From the IMG/VR virus record IMGVR_UViG_3300030207_000967, positions 1 through 33,208 of that record: 33,208 nt of DNA. One strand, 5' to 3'. This document shows positions 8,701 through 18,277 of this stretch, piece by piece. Position 1 is the stretch's first letter. Every line of letters begins with the position of its first letter. The notes under the pieces were generated by a model that saw nothing but the letters and a program-made list of their open reading frames with translations, had not been told where the DNA came from and did no database searches. Source of the stretch: a virus (Duplodnaviria; Caudoviricetes). A program made the position numbers and the translations under genes.

Positions 8701-11291
8701 TATGGTGCTCCTTTTAGTAATAATTGTGTTGTTGTTACAGCTTTTCCTATCTCTGTATTACCTGTAGCTGTCTTGGTTATATTACCGTTATTTTGGATGT
8801 AGTAAGTAGAATCGATTGTGAGTGGGCTTTGGGTTCCGGTCGTTACATAAACAGCACCAAACGTTGTACTTCCTTTGTATCCAACTAACGACCTGTTAGC
8901 GTTAGAATCGTAAGCGATTGAAACCGAACTAGAAGTAACTCCAACACTGGTAACGACAATTGGTGTGTCGAACGTTATAGAGGTTCCAGAAACTGTGCCT
9001 GAAATAATTCTCACATAACTGTCAGCATCGTGAATGTAAGCAATAATTACTTTATTTAACGTTGAATCAAAAGTTGATTGAATGGATTGCCCTTGCATGG
9101 CATCGGTAGAAAAAGTAACTGGACTGCCTGCGGTTACCGTGGTTCCGCTAACGGTACAAACAACCGCTTTACCTTCATTAGTTCCTGTATCTTCATATGG
9201 AATTACTACTCTGTTATTGTGACTGTCAAAGCAAATTGATCCACCCTCTGCCATTGACGTATTCGCACCTTGACTAGCACCTGCGAAACGGGAACCCCAT
9301 GTTACAGAGCCAGCAGAGATTTGACCCGCTACTATAGCTAACCCAATACCGGAGAGTTGATATGCTACGACAACGCTTCCCGCGTTTGAATCGAAAGTAT
9401 TATTAATTGCACTAATTGAGTTTTGACTTGTCTCCCACTGTGTAACTCCAGTGGGATAAGTTGGAAAACTAATTGCTCCAGCAGATATTGTTCCTACAAT
9501 TGACTCACCAAAATTTGATCGATTCCAACATATTACTGTCTTTTGATTTGTTGAATCGTAAGTAATGTCTTGAACTCCGATAGTTGTAGTTCCCGTGTAA
9601 CTAACTAAGCCAGAGAATGAAATTGTGTTAGGGCCAGCAGGGTTTACAGTTCCAACATTAGCTACACCATTGTAGTATCCCGATGCTGGGTTTGTTGTTA
9701 TCTGTACTATTTTGTCGGCTGATGCATCGTAGGTGATGCTATTATAACTTGAAGAAGCAACTTGAACGATACCTACGCTACCAAAACTTACAGAGTTATT
9801 TGATGCATTTATTTCTGCGACACTAGACGCTGCATACCCTGTAGAACTGCTTTGATATCCGAAAACAACTCGATTACTTCCACTGTCAAAAACAGCTTTC
9901 ATATCAGCCGTATCACCGACTCCAAAGTTCACTGCCGTTCCTGTTTCGCCTGCACTTGGTTCGGTTGTTGTTGCTACCCCACCTTGTGGATTGTATTTAC
10001 CACTATTACCGCTAGTAATTGGTTCAGACGTTATGCCAATGAAATTTGCTACGTTACTGACTGTTTTGGCATTTTGAAACATCCTAGCCTCGCCATTTCC
10101 GTTGGCGTGGTTTTGATAAGCGTATATCAGTTGTTCTGTATCGGGATCATATTCAATAGCATTGTATCGGTAGTTAGCAGTCGGTGCTAATCGAGTTCGT
10201 GTTGAAAAGTTAATCACATTTCCACTTTGCGTACCGACACTGTAATAACTATATCCGTCTGTATCGTCACGCCATGTAAAAAGCAATTTGTTGGCACTTG
10301 GGTCAAATCCGAGTCCATTCCAAGAGACTTGATAGTTTGCAAATCTATTGTTCCCACTCCAATTTATAGAGGTTGATGAAACAGTACCAACATATGCGTC
10401 ACCGTACCCATAAGAGGCGGAATCGTAGCAGACAGCCACAAATTTTTGTTCTGTGCTATTATAACAAACCTGAAGATAATTATAATTACCTGAACCTTGT
10501 GTAATTACATTTACCGACCCAAACTGTAAATTTCCACCACTTACGGAACAATGATACGCCGCAAATCGATTATTACTTATTTCTCTTGCAATTACACAAA
10601 AACATTGATCGTCCGGACTATATGCAATTTCATTGTAGACGGGGTTACCTGTAGAGTAAGTCGTTGTACCACCCCAACTTGTTGTTGTTCCGGATGTCGT
10701 ACCGAAGTATCCACGCCCATAACTATTAGCGTCTCTGAAAACTGCGACTACACCTTGATTTACCTCATCATATGCACATCTGATGTAATTGGTTTGTTGA
10801 TTATAGATTTGAGAAGTTGATCCAAAAGAAATATTATTGGTGCCACTGGTAATAGTGCCGACTGCACTGACACCTTTTGTGGTTGAATTGTCGTAGCTAA
10901 CGACAATTATTTTATTTTGACTAGCATCAAAACAACAATCCATTCCACCACTTGTTTGGGTCATCACTTGGGTAGCAGTTCCAAAAGTTATTGAGCTACC
11001 ACTGACCGTTCCAACTTGTGCAAGGGGATAGGAGCCATTGATATAATAACAAACACAAATTCTATCAACATTAGTGTCATAAGCTATCGCTACTTGATAT
11101 GGATAATTGCCACCTGAATCGTAAGTAACAATTGATCCAAACCCTTCACTTACTTGGCTCTCACCCACCGCTTCTATCTGTCCGTTTGACTTCAATACGA
11201 TGGTTTGCCCAGTAGCGATGTTACCAGAGGCTATGGCTGTAGCTTCTTTCGCACTGCCACCCGCAGGGAGTAAATCAGATAAATTTGTCAT
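8700..11291 (-). CDS. Virion spike/decoration protein, paralog 3, two inserted beta-propeller-like regions
   Basis: 863 aa. N-terminus MTNLSDLLPAGG, many 'YD-x4-hhhxY...GTVSGxxITFG' blades, C-terminal 'IGKAVTTTQLLL'. Confidence 0.75.
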   Translation of the reverse strand: MTNLSDLLPAGGSAKEATAIASGNIATGQTIVLKSNGQIEAVGESQVSEGFGSIVTYDSGGNYPYQVAIAYDTNVDRICVCYYINGSYPLAQVGTVSGSSITFGTATQVMTQTSGGMDCCFDASQNKIIVVSYDNSTTKGVSAVGTITSGTNNISFGSTSQIYNQQTNYIRCAYDEVNQGVVAVFRDANSYGRGYFGTTSGTTTSWGGTTTYSTGNPVYNEIAYSPDDQCFCVIAREISNNRFAAYHCSVSGGNLQFGSVNVITQGSGNYNYLQVCYNSTEQKFVAVCYDSASYGYGDAYVGTVSSTSINWSGNNRFANYQVSWNGLGFDPSANKLLFTWRDDTDGYSYYSVGTQSGNVINFSTRTRLAPTANYRYNAIEYDPDTEQLIYAYQNHANGNGEARMFQNAKTVSNVANFIGITSEPITSGNSGKYNPQGGVATTTEPSAGETGTAVNFGVGDTADMKAVFDSGSNRVVFGYQSSSTGYAASSVAEINASNNSVSFGSVGIVQVASSSYNSITYDASADKIVQITTNPASGYYNGVANVGTVNPAGPNTISFSGLVSYTGTTTIGVQDITYDSTNQKTVICWNRSNFGESIVGTISAGAISFPTYPTGVTQWETSQNSISAINNTFDSNAGSVVVAYQLSGIGLAIVAGQISAGSVTWGSRFAGASQGANTSMAEGGSICFDSHNNRVVIPYEDTGTNEGKAVVCTVSGTTVTAGSPVTFSTDAMQGQSIQSTFDSTLNKVIIAYIHDADSYVRIISGTVSGTSITFDTPIVVTSVGVTSSSVSIAYDSNANRSLVGYKGSTTFGAVYVTTGTQSPLTIDSTYYIQNNGNITKTATGNTEIGKAVTTTQLLLKGAP

Positions 11292-13573
11292 GTTTCAAAT
11301 TCCAAGTTAATACTGGATGTACTCAATGCCTTACCGATTCTCAACCCTGTCGAAGTCGTTGAGATTGTTCCATCGTCTGCAACGTAATACACACTGTTTG
11401 GGGTCAAAGCAGTCGATAGGCTATACTGATAAACACTGTCGTTCTGTACACCTGTTATATACAGTTGAGTGTTATCAGTTTTGACAGCTACGCCATACGG
11501 TTGAGTATCTTGGGCTGTCACATTATAGACAACATTATCATAGGTAGCTGTAGAAATGTCATCTGCCACACTGAGTGTGTATTTATAAATACCAGTTCCG
11601 TAATCCAGAACGTACAAGGTAACTCCATCGGGAGTCATTGTTAATGAAACTGTATTGTTTAGGCCCGCGTTAACGGTTTTATTTGCATAGGAAGCAGTAG
11701 AAATGTCAAATGCGGAAGACAAAGTATACTGAAAAATAGGACCACTTGCGGCGGAGCTAATCACATACAATTTTGTTCCTGTACTATCAAAGTGTAGACC
11801 CCACGGTGACGACGATGGGAACTGACCAATGAGATTGAAACTTTTGTTTGCATACGATGCTGTACTCAAATCGTATGCAGAGGTTAGATCATATTGATAT
11901 ATTTGTTTAGATTGACCACACACATAAAAAGATGTTCCGTCTGCATTTATTGCTAACCCTTGCGGATTGGCCTCTTGTGTTTGCACACTAAAACTTTTGT
12001 TTTCATATGATGCAGTGGATACATCCCAAGCCGTACTAAGAGCATATTGATAAACAGCATCATTAGTGCCACCTAAAATATAAAATTTTGTTCCATCGGG
12101 TTTAAACCTTACTTCTTCAGGAAATGAAGATTGACTTGCAACGCTGAAATTTTGATTATTATAAGCGAACACTGCGCTAGCTAGTTGAGTTGTTGCTATA
12201 CCACCTTTGAGAGTAACGTTTCCAGTGTTGCCATTAGTAACCGTAGCGTCAGCAATTCCCGTAAACTTTGATACGTTAGTTCCCGATGGTGTGTAAAATT
12301 CTGTCGTACCATAACCCGTCCAATTGGGAGGTGTGTAATCTGCAAAAAAACTAACAACTTTTCCAACATTAGCTACAAGAGTAGCAGTTCCGTTATACTT
12401 GCGAATCCCAGAACTCGACTCCGTTATCCAACTGCTATTTAGCGTAACAGCCCCCGTAGAGTTATCTATAGTTGTTGTATTGTTGTAAGATATATTCCAG
12501 CTACTTGAGTTGTGTCCGGTTACCGTTATGCTTTTTGTGTCTGGATCATACACACCACTAATGGCATTATGAATAGTTCTTATCGGAGTAAAATTAGTTG
12601 CAATTAAGCCGTAGTACATTCCATTTGTTATGTTTCCCATTGCATACCAAAATTGACTGGATGAAAGGCTACGACTATAAGGAGCGAAAAATACATTTTG
12701 TTCAGGCACATAAATCCAATCTGCTCCATTGTTTTCTGTAGAAAAACCAGTACCAACTTGAGCTTCAGAACTCCAACTTATTGTATTTCCAGTTATTGTA
12801 CCAATTGCAGAATATGCGGGGTATGGACTTGATGCATCTACACGGAACGATGCTAATTTATTTTCTTGAGTGTTATAGACAACCTTTGGATTAATAGGAT
12901 ATGCACTTACAATTGCAGCGTATGAACTGGGAAAAGAAATGCTGTTAGTTGATCCACCTACAACATTACCTACTATACTATCAAATCTTCCATTTCCTTG
13001 ATTTCTCCAAACGATTATTGGCTTATTTTGACTTGTATCTAAAGTAATATCCACCTCATTTGTATTTGTACTGGAGAAAGCACTTGCCGTACCAAACGTA
13101 ATAGTGGGTGTACCACCGGGTGTAGTTATTTGTCCAACGATTGCATGACCATATTGATTGCCACTACTTCTTTCTTCATATGCTAAAATAACCCTTTGTG
13201 TAGATGTGTCATAAACCGCTGCTGGTGAAAACGTTATTTCCGACATAGTTGTTGTCGCACCAACTGTGTAAGTCGTGCCTGAATTAGTTGCTACTGTCGC
13301 ATAACTGTTTGTTCCATTGGAATCTGTATAAAAAAACACAGTGTACCCACCGTCCGGAACATAGAGCACTTCCAAACTATCCGTTGCGTAATAGACGTTT
13401 GTAGAGATAATATTCTGAATTGATGATACTGCTTCGGTAGCTTGTGCTATGGCAGATACAGTACCATCACTATTTAAGCCAACTGCACCGCCTTGTGTAA
13501 TAGAACCAGAAGCCGTAAAACTTACATTTTTGCCACCGGCACCAGCGGGGAGTAGATCAGATAAATTACTCAT
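11288..13573 (-). CDS. Virion spike/decoration protein, paralog 2, two different propeller-like inserts
   Basis: 761 aa. N-terminus MSNLSDLLPAGAGG. The second insert has 'DGTKFY...YQYxLSxAxDxSTASY' repeats. C-terminal 'IGKALSTSSINL'. Confidence 0.75.
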   Translation of the reverse strand: MSNLSDLLPAGAGGKNVSFTASGSITQGGAVGLNSDGTVSAIAQATEAVSSIQNIISTNVYYATDSLEVLYVPDGGYTVFFYTDSNGTNSYATVATNSGTTYTVGATTTMSEITFSPAAVYDTSTQRVILAYEERSSGNQYGHAIVGQITTPGGTPTITFGTASAFSSTNTNEVDITLDTSQNKPIIVWRNQGNGRFDSIVGNVVGGSTNSISFPSSYAAIVSAYPINPKVVYNTQENKLASFRVDASSPYPAYSAIGTITGNTISWSSEAQVGTGFSTENNGADWIYVPEQNVFFAPYSRSLSSSQFWYAMGNITNGMYYGLIATNFTPIRTIHNAISGVYDPDTKSITVTGHNSSSWNISYNNTTTIDNSTGAVTLNSSWITESSSGIRKYNGTATLVANVGKVVSFFADYTPPNWTGYGTTEFYTPSGTNVSKFTGIADATVTNGNTGNVTLKGGIATTQLASAVFAYNNQNFSVASQSSFPEEVRFKPDGTKFYILGGTNDAVYQYALSTAWDVSTASYENKSFSVQTQEANPQGLAINADGTSFYVCGQSKQIYQYDLTSAYDLSTASYANKSFNLIGQFPSSSPWGLHFDSTGTKLYVISSAASGPIFQYTLSSAFDISTASYANKTVNAGLNNTVSLTMTPDGVTLYVLDYGTGIYKYTLSVADDISTATYDNVVYNVTAQDTQPYGVAVKTDNTQLYITGVQNDSVYQYSLSTALTPNSVYYVADDGTISTTSTGLRIGKALSTSSINLEFET

Positions 13574-15057
13574 TACAGATCCTTAATGTTTAAAGTAGTA
13601 GCTGATACTGCCGTACCAATAAATGTGTTACCAGAAGACGATGACGTTATCGTTCCGTTGCCTGCAACATACATGGTTGCACCGGGCGTCATACCACTTT
13701 GAGATTCATTTATTCCACCTAATAAACTGACATTACCACTAGCCCCCGATGAAATCGCCTGAGATGTGATACCGATTAATTTATTCACATTACTAGCTTC
13801 GGCAGAAAATACCACCGCACCAGCATAGCCAACGGCATTTTCCGTGTAAGTCACCAAAACTCGATTGGCACTACTATCGAAAGCATTGCTTAAACTTCCT
13901 GTTAAATTAGTGTAAAACTGAATTGGTGTTCCAAAAGTTAAAGTCGTTCCCGAAACACTTGCTGCCACGACATTTCCATATTGATTTGCGTCAGCATAAG
14001 AGATAACTAGTTTCTTTGCATTGCTATCGTATGCAGCTCCCAAACTATAAACTCTTGAGCTTCCATTGAAAAAAACCTCAGTGCCGAAAGTTATTGTATT
14101 TCCAGAGCTAGGAATGGTGGCAGCAATGGCTGATGGATAACGTGAGTTACTGGTATTCGCAGTAATTATAAAAACTGTATTACTAGCGTCATCAGATACT
14201 AGGTTAGTATAATCGGATTGTGCTGTATTAGAGCCATTCAATGGCACATAAGCAACTGTTCCCCCAAAAGTTACACTTGTTCCACTTGTAGTGGGGAGTT
14301 GAACAGCGACATTTGTAAACTGGTTATCATTGTAAATAAAAACATAACGATTTACCGTGGTATTATAAGTAAGAGCCAAATAATTTGCACTTACACTATC
14401 TGCTGTTGATGGAGATCCGAAAGAAATAGTTGTTCCAGAAACCGTGCCTACTATCCCCGTTGGTCTACCACTATTGCCATTATTCTTATATACAACTAAA
14501 AACCTCCCTTGATCAGGGTTAAAAACAGCCGTTATATCTTCAGTGCTACTTCCGTTGAAAGTTGTCGGACTTGAGGGAAAACTGATAGAGTTACCGCTTA
14601 CAACTCCTACCTTAGCTTGACCAGCCGATGATGCATTAACATTTTGGAAAAAAATAACTACTTTGTCGTTAGTGGTGTCATACCCAATAGAATGCACAAT
14701 TACAAAATTTTGTTGAAACTGAACTTGGGAACCAAACGTGATTGTATTATTTGATGGATCTACATCTCCAACAACGCAATATCCGTAGTAACTAGCATTG
14801 CTATCATAATAAGCAACAATAACTTTTTGCGAGTCTGGATCATAAACTGATCCATAAGGCGTTGAAGGTGGGTAAGTTCCAGTTGACGGTCCCCATTGAA
14901 GAGTAGATCCTGCTGCTTGGCTTGTTTGAGCTATTGCCTCTACTTTGCCATCGGATCTAAGAGCTACCGTTTGTCCATTACTAAGCGTGCCTTGAGCTAT
15001 AAATTGTACATTATTTTGTCCACCGCCAGAGGGCAGTAGCTCTGACAGATTGCTCAT
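13573..15057 (-). CDS. Virion spike/decoration protein, paralog 1, single propeller-like insert
   Basis: 494 aa. N-terminus MSNLSELLPSGGG, the same blade repeat as paralog 3, C-terminal 'FIGTAVSATTLNI'. Confidence 0.75.
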   Translation of the reverse strand: MSNLSELLPSGGGQNNVQFIAQGTLSNGQTVALRSDGKVEAIAQTSQAAGSTLQWGPSTGTYPPSTPYGSVYDPDSQKVIVAYYDSNASYYGYCVVGDVDPSNNTITFGSQVQFQQNFVIVHSIGYDTTNDKVVIFFQNVNASSAGQAKVGVVSGNSISFPSSPTTFNGSSTEDITAVFNPDQGRFLVVYKNNGNSGRPTGIVGTVSGTTISFGSPSTADSVSANYLALTYNTTVNRYVFIYNDNQFTNVAVQLPTTSGTSVTFGGTVAYVPLNGSNTAQSDYTNLVSDDASNTVFIITANTSNSRYPSAIAATIPSSGNTITFGTEVFFNGSSRVYSLGAAYDSNAKKLVISYADANQYGNVVAASVSGTTLTFGTPIQFYTNLTGSLSNAFDSSANRVLVTYTENAVGYAGAVVFSAEASNVNKLIGITSQAISSGASGNVSLLGGINESQSGMTPGATMYVAGNGTITSSSSGNTFIGTAVSATTLNIKDL

Positions 15058-15058
15058 A

Positions 15059-15721
15059 TTATACGCTCCATCCTATGGTTGCGTCGATGTATGTCATCGT
15101 AATTTCTGCGAAGTTTTTGTCGAAAACTAAATCACTCGCAGAGCTTGCAATATTACTTCCATTTCTCGCTACAGTAAAAGTCGTAGTTGCTGCTGCACCT
15201 GTACCATCTTTGACAACAACAAAATCACCTGCTGATGGACCCGCTGGCAATGTTATGGTGATGGATCCTGCACTAGCTACCAGAAACTGCCCAGACGTTG
15301 CATTTGTGTTACCACTTACAATTGTTGGAGCGTCTATGCCACCCGCAGCGGATGTCCAATTACCCCCTACATTCTTTAAAACATTCCCAACTGTTCCCGG
15401 AGCAACAAAGTTAGGAGCACCCGTACCATTTCCAATTACTACGTTACCTGAAGTAAGTGGTGCGCTTTTTACAAGTTTTCCGGTAGTTCCATCAAACGCT
15501 ACAATGGCACCATCCGTTGCTGATGCTGGCCCCGCAACATCACCAGTATTTCCCGCAGATGATGCTATCTCTTTGACCACCCCAGACGAGTTTTTGAAAA
15601 ACAGTTTCTCATCGGCAGTATTAATTGCTAGTTCACCATCCTGTAAATCACTAGCACTTGGCGTATTCGAAGATGTCGAACTTCGATATAGCTGAATAGG
15701 TGTAAAACCAGTTTGTGGCAT
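15059..15721 (-). CDS. Tail fibre protein (Mtd-N-like N-terminus, T4 gp34-like repeat at C-terminus)
   Basis: 'IQLYRSST...PSASDLQDGELAINTADEKLFFK' and 'ITITLPAGPSAGDFVVVKD...VARNGSNI'. Confidence 0.7.
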   Translation of the reverse strand: MPQTGFTPIQLYRSSTSSNTPSASDLQDGELAINTADEKLFFKNSSGVVKEIASSAGNTGDVAGPASATDGAIVAFDGTTGKLVKSAPLTSGNVVIGNGTGAPNFVAPGTVGNVLKNVGGNWTSAAGGIDAPTIVSGNTNATSGQFLVASAGSITITLPAGPSAGDFVVVKDGTGAAATTTFTVARNGSNIASSASDLVFDKNFAEITMTYIDATIGWSV

Positions 15722-15749
15722 TAGAGTCTCCTATTAATTGTATTATACA

Positions 15750-15968
15750 TTAAAATGTTCCTCCTGAAATACCAGAAGTCGCAGTTAACGAAGTGAACGT
15801 TCCAGCTGCTGGTGTTGACCCACCAATTACAGCATTGTCTATTGTTCCACCGGATATCGTAGGAGCAATGGGGGATGCCAACTTAGCAGTCGTCACGATG
15901 CCATCTGCTAGTTGATCGGTTGTTAAGGGAATATTTGTAGGGGTATTACCAATATAAGGGTTAGCCAT
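15750..15968 (-). CDS. Short fibre-like structural protein
   Basis: 72 aa: 'PYIGNTP', 'LADGIVTTAKLA', 'ISGGTIDNAVIGGSTPAAGTFT', ends GGTF. Coupled to the upstream gene. Confidence 0.7.
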   Translation of the reverse strand: MANPYIGNTPTNIPLTTDQLADGIVTTAKLASPIAPTISGGTIDNAVIGGSTPAAGTFTSLTATSGISGGTF

Positions 15969-16300
15969 TAAGTTATCTCCAAGATTGATAAAACAGCATC
16001 TATGGATGTAGCTGTATCTGATTTAACTTTAATCGAGTCATTAGGTTCCATAACAATTTTTTGATTACCACCGATTGGTACGATTGCACCACCCGTAGGT
16101 ACCGGAGCACTTTTGACAATGTAAGTATCGTTTGCCCCATCATTCAAAGTAACGTCAATGTTGACTGTTGCTCCAGTTGTGTTGGCAACTGTCAAACCGA
16201 TGACAGTGGTTTGAGTCGCTGCAGGAACGGTATACGACCCAACTGCCGTAAGAGAGGTTCCTATATTCCTCGATAATTTTCTTTCAAAAGCATTTGCCAT
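15968..16300 (-). CDS. Conserved small all-beta virion protein (fibre adaptor-like)
   Basis: 110 aa 'MANAF...YTVPAATQTTVIGLTVAN...KIVMEPNDSIKV...LSILEIT', with AGGAG upstream. Confidence 0.75.
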   Translation of the reverse strand: MANAFERKLSRNIGTSLTAVGSYTVPAATQTTVIGLTVANTTGATVNIDVTLNDGANDTYIVKSAPVPTGGAIVPIGGNQKIVMEPNDSIKVKSDTATSIDAVLSILEIT

Positions 16301-16309
16301 GTTTTCTCC

Positions 16310-17971
16310 TTAACCCAATGCAATCGCTAATGCAATAACATCGTCAGTTGTAACCCCCGCACTTGGTGCTGATGAAACCCAATTCGAACCGTCAGATGTC
16401 AGTACATTTCCGTTAGCTCCGGGTGATGTAAGTCCCGTACCGCCATGTGCCGGAACAAGTGTACCTGATAGAGTGATGTCACCAGTGCTCAAACTATTAG
16501 GTGTAAATCCTGTCGTTCCCGCACTAAATGCGCTAACAGCCGTTGTAATTGCACCCGCCCACGCAAAGGCACTTCCATCCCATTTTAAAAATCTGTTTGC
16601 AGTCGATGGAGCGGCTATAAAGTCGGTTGTGTCGGCAGATGTGTTGTAGACAATTCTATTAGCTGAACCGCCTGCCACATTAGTTGCTTTAGTTGCGGTA
16701 GCCGCGTTCCCAGTTATACTTATGGCCCATGTACCCGTGGCACCCGTTCCATTGAGTGGCACTGCCCCAACATCACTAGCAGTAAGTGTAACAGCACCAA
16801 CTTGACCGTTTACGGATGTGACAGTGTTGCTTTGGTCAATTTTTTGCCAAACCCCAGTGCTTGCAAATACAGCCCAATCTCCTACTTCCCAATCGGTAAT
16901 TCCGTCGAGGTTCGTGTTACCCGCAACGCTGACGATGTAGTAATAACCATTAACACCTGAGCTTGATGTGAGTGTAGGCGTGTTAGTCGAGGCGTTCCAT
17001 GTTCCTTGGAAATTTAAACCCGTTTGAAAAGATGCAGTTGATACCGAGGTAATTACACCCTTGTCATTTATTGCAACGACAGGGATAGCACTCGATGATC
17101 CATAGGTTCCGGGTGTTACCCCAGAGGTAGGTAAGTCTGCATCGACCAATGCTCTAAATGCTGTTGGGGCTGCCGCACCAGAAGTTGGACCTGCAAATAC
17201 TACGTTGGCTGGTTGGTCAGATTGTAAAAGAGCCGATCCCCAACTATATGTTCCGGTTCCACCAGAAACGAGAACTTGTCCGTTGGCTCCCGCTGGACCG
17301 ATAGCGAGATCACCACTACCACCGTAAACTATACCTCCAGGAGTTGATGTTATACTCCGTCCTGTACCGCCTTGATCAATTGGTAAAACACCATCAATTT
17401 CGTCTGAATTAGATAAATCTACTGGTGGGTGTTGATGGTCACCTCTTGCCAACTCATTAGACGTTCCAGCCGACCCACCAGTTGTTCCTTTAAGTGGAAC
17501 GTTATCTTCAAAGTCTGCCGTAAGGGTTACATTCGAACTTAAATTACCACCACCCTCTAATCCATTACCTGCAATGATCTGTGTGGAAGTTGGTACTCCA
17601 CCTGTAGAGGCAGTCACCGTGCTCACGGCTGTAATACGACCAGTGGAATCAACGGTGACTACTGGAATTTGGGTTGTGCTTCCATATGTTCCGGGAGTTG
17701 CTCCACTAGCTGCAAGTTGCACCGTTCCAATACCGCCACTTGCAACGCTCAATGTTATGTCTTGATTGAGTTGTCCACCACCCGTCAAACCAGTTCCAGC
17801 TATGACTTGTCGTGTGGTTGGAACTCCTGCAACTTGTAGTAAGTCTCCCGCTCTAACTTGATAACTCACACCTTGGTAATTAAACAGTAACATACCATCG
17901 GCAGATGCTACCGGAGCCGTAGGCAACTGCGATATTCTGGTTGGTATTAAATTACTTGGCACATTAGTCAT
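16310..17971 (-). CDS. Tail fibre protein
   Basis: 553 aa, Gly/Thr-rich. Duplicated 'AGxGLxGGGxL' and 'SGxTPGTYGS...IPVV' units, a 'FQGTWNASTNTPTL...WQKID' module, 'VTSVNGQVGAVTL', C-terminal 'IALAIALG'. Confidence 0.8.
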   Translation of the reverse strand: MTNVPSNLIPTRISQLPTAPVASADGMLLFNYQGVSYQVRAGDLLQVAGVPTTRQVIAGTGLTGGGQLNQDITLSVASGGIGTVQLAASGATPGTYGSTTQIPVVTVDSTGRITAVSTVTASTGGVPTSTQIIAGNGLEGGGNLSSNVTLTADFEDNVPLKGTTGGSAGTSNELARGDHQHPPVDLSNSDEIDGVLPIDQGGTGRSITSTPGGIVYGGSGDLAIGPAGANGQVLVSGGTGTYSWGSALLQSDQPANVVFAGPTSGAAAPTAFRALVDADLPTSGVTPGTYGSSSAIPVVAINDKGVITSVSTASFQTGLNFQGTWNASTNTPTLTSSSGVNGYYYIVSVAGNTNLDGITDWEVGDWAVFASTGVWQKIDQSNTVTSVNGQVGAVTLTASDVGAVPLNGTGATGTWAISITGNAATATKATNVAGGSANRIVYNTSADTTDFIAAPSTANRFLKWDGSAFAWAGAITTAVSAFSAGTTGFTPNSLSTGDITLSGTLVPAHGGTGLTSPGANGNVLTSDGSNWVSSAPSAGVTTDDVIALAIALG

Positions 17972-18277
17972 TTAGTCAATCTCCAGATAATTATCGCCAT
18001 CTTCCGTGACAATAAACTCATCACCAGCTTCTTGGATTAAACCAGCCGGATGGGTATCTATATTTCTATCAGGTCTCACAAACGGCAAGACAATTTGATC
18101 GGGTCTTCGTGGTGGTAATCTATAGGGATCAAATTCATCCCTGTCGGCCTTACATACCATCAACCCCGGATCATTAGGATCAGGGTATAAGTCAGCTAGA
18201 AAAAATTTACGCGAACATCTAGCGCATATTCCGATACCAAATGTTGGTTGTCCTGACGGATCTAAATACTTACTCAT
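17972..18277 (-). CDS. Conserved phage protein with Zn-finger-like motif
   Basis: 101 aa: 'GICARC...GLMVCKAD...DP', acidic C-terminus. ATGA overlap with the upstream gene. Confidence 0.75.
   Translation of the reverse strand: MSKYLDPSGQPTFGIGICARCSRKFFLADLYPDPNDPGLMVCKADRDEFDPYRLPPRRPDQIVLPFVRPDRNIDTHPAGLIQEAGDEFIVTEDGDNYLEID

Noticed and set aside
8700-15721. Diversity-generating retroelement acting on the spike/fibre genes
   Set aside because: No reverse transcriptase in the window, and I saw no near-identical repeat pair differing only at adenines. The paralogs are diverged throughout.
6502-17971. GG dipeptides in fibre and spike proteins as instances of the GG tag
   Set aside because: These proteins are Gly-rich throughout. 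Their GG contexts (e.g. QGGTG, GGGNL, YDSGG, FNGG) lack the basic/x-V context and do not mark cassette boundaries.
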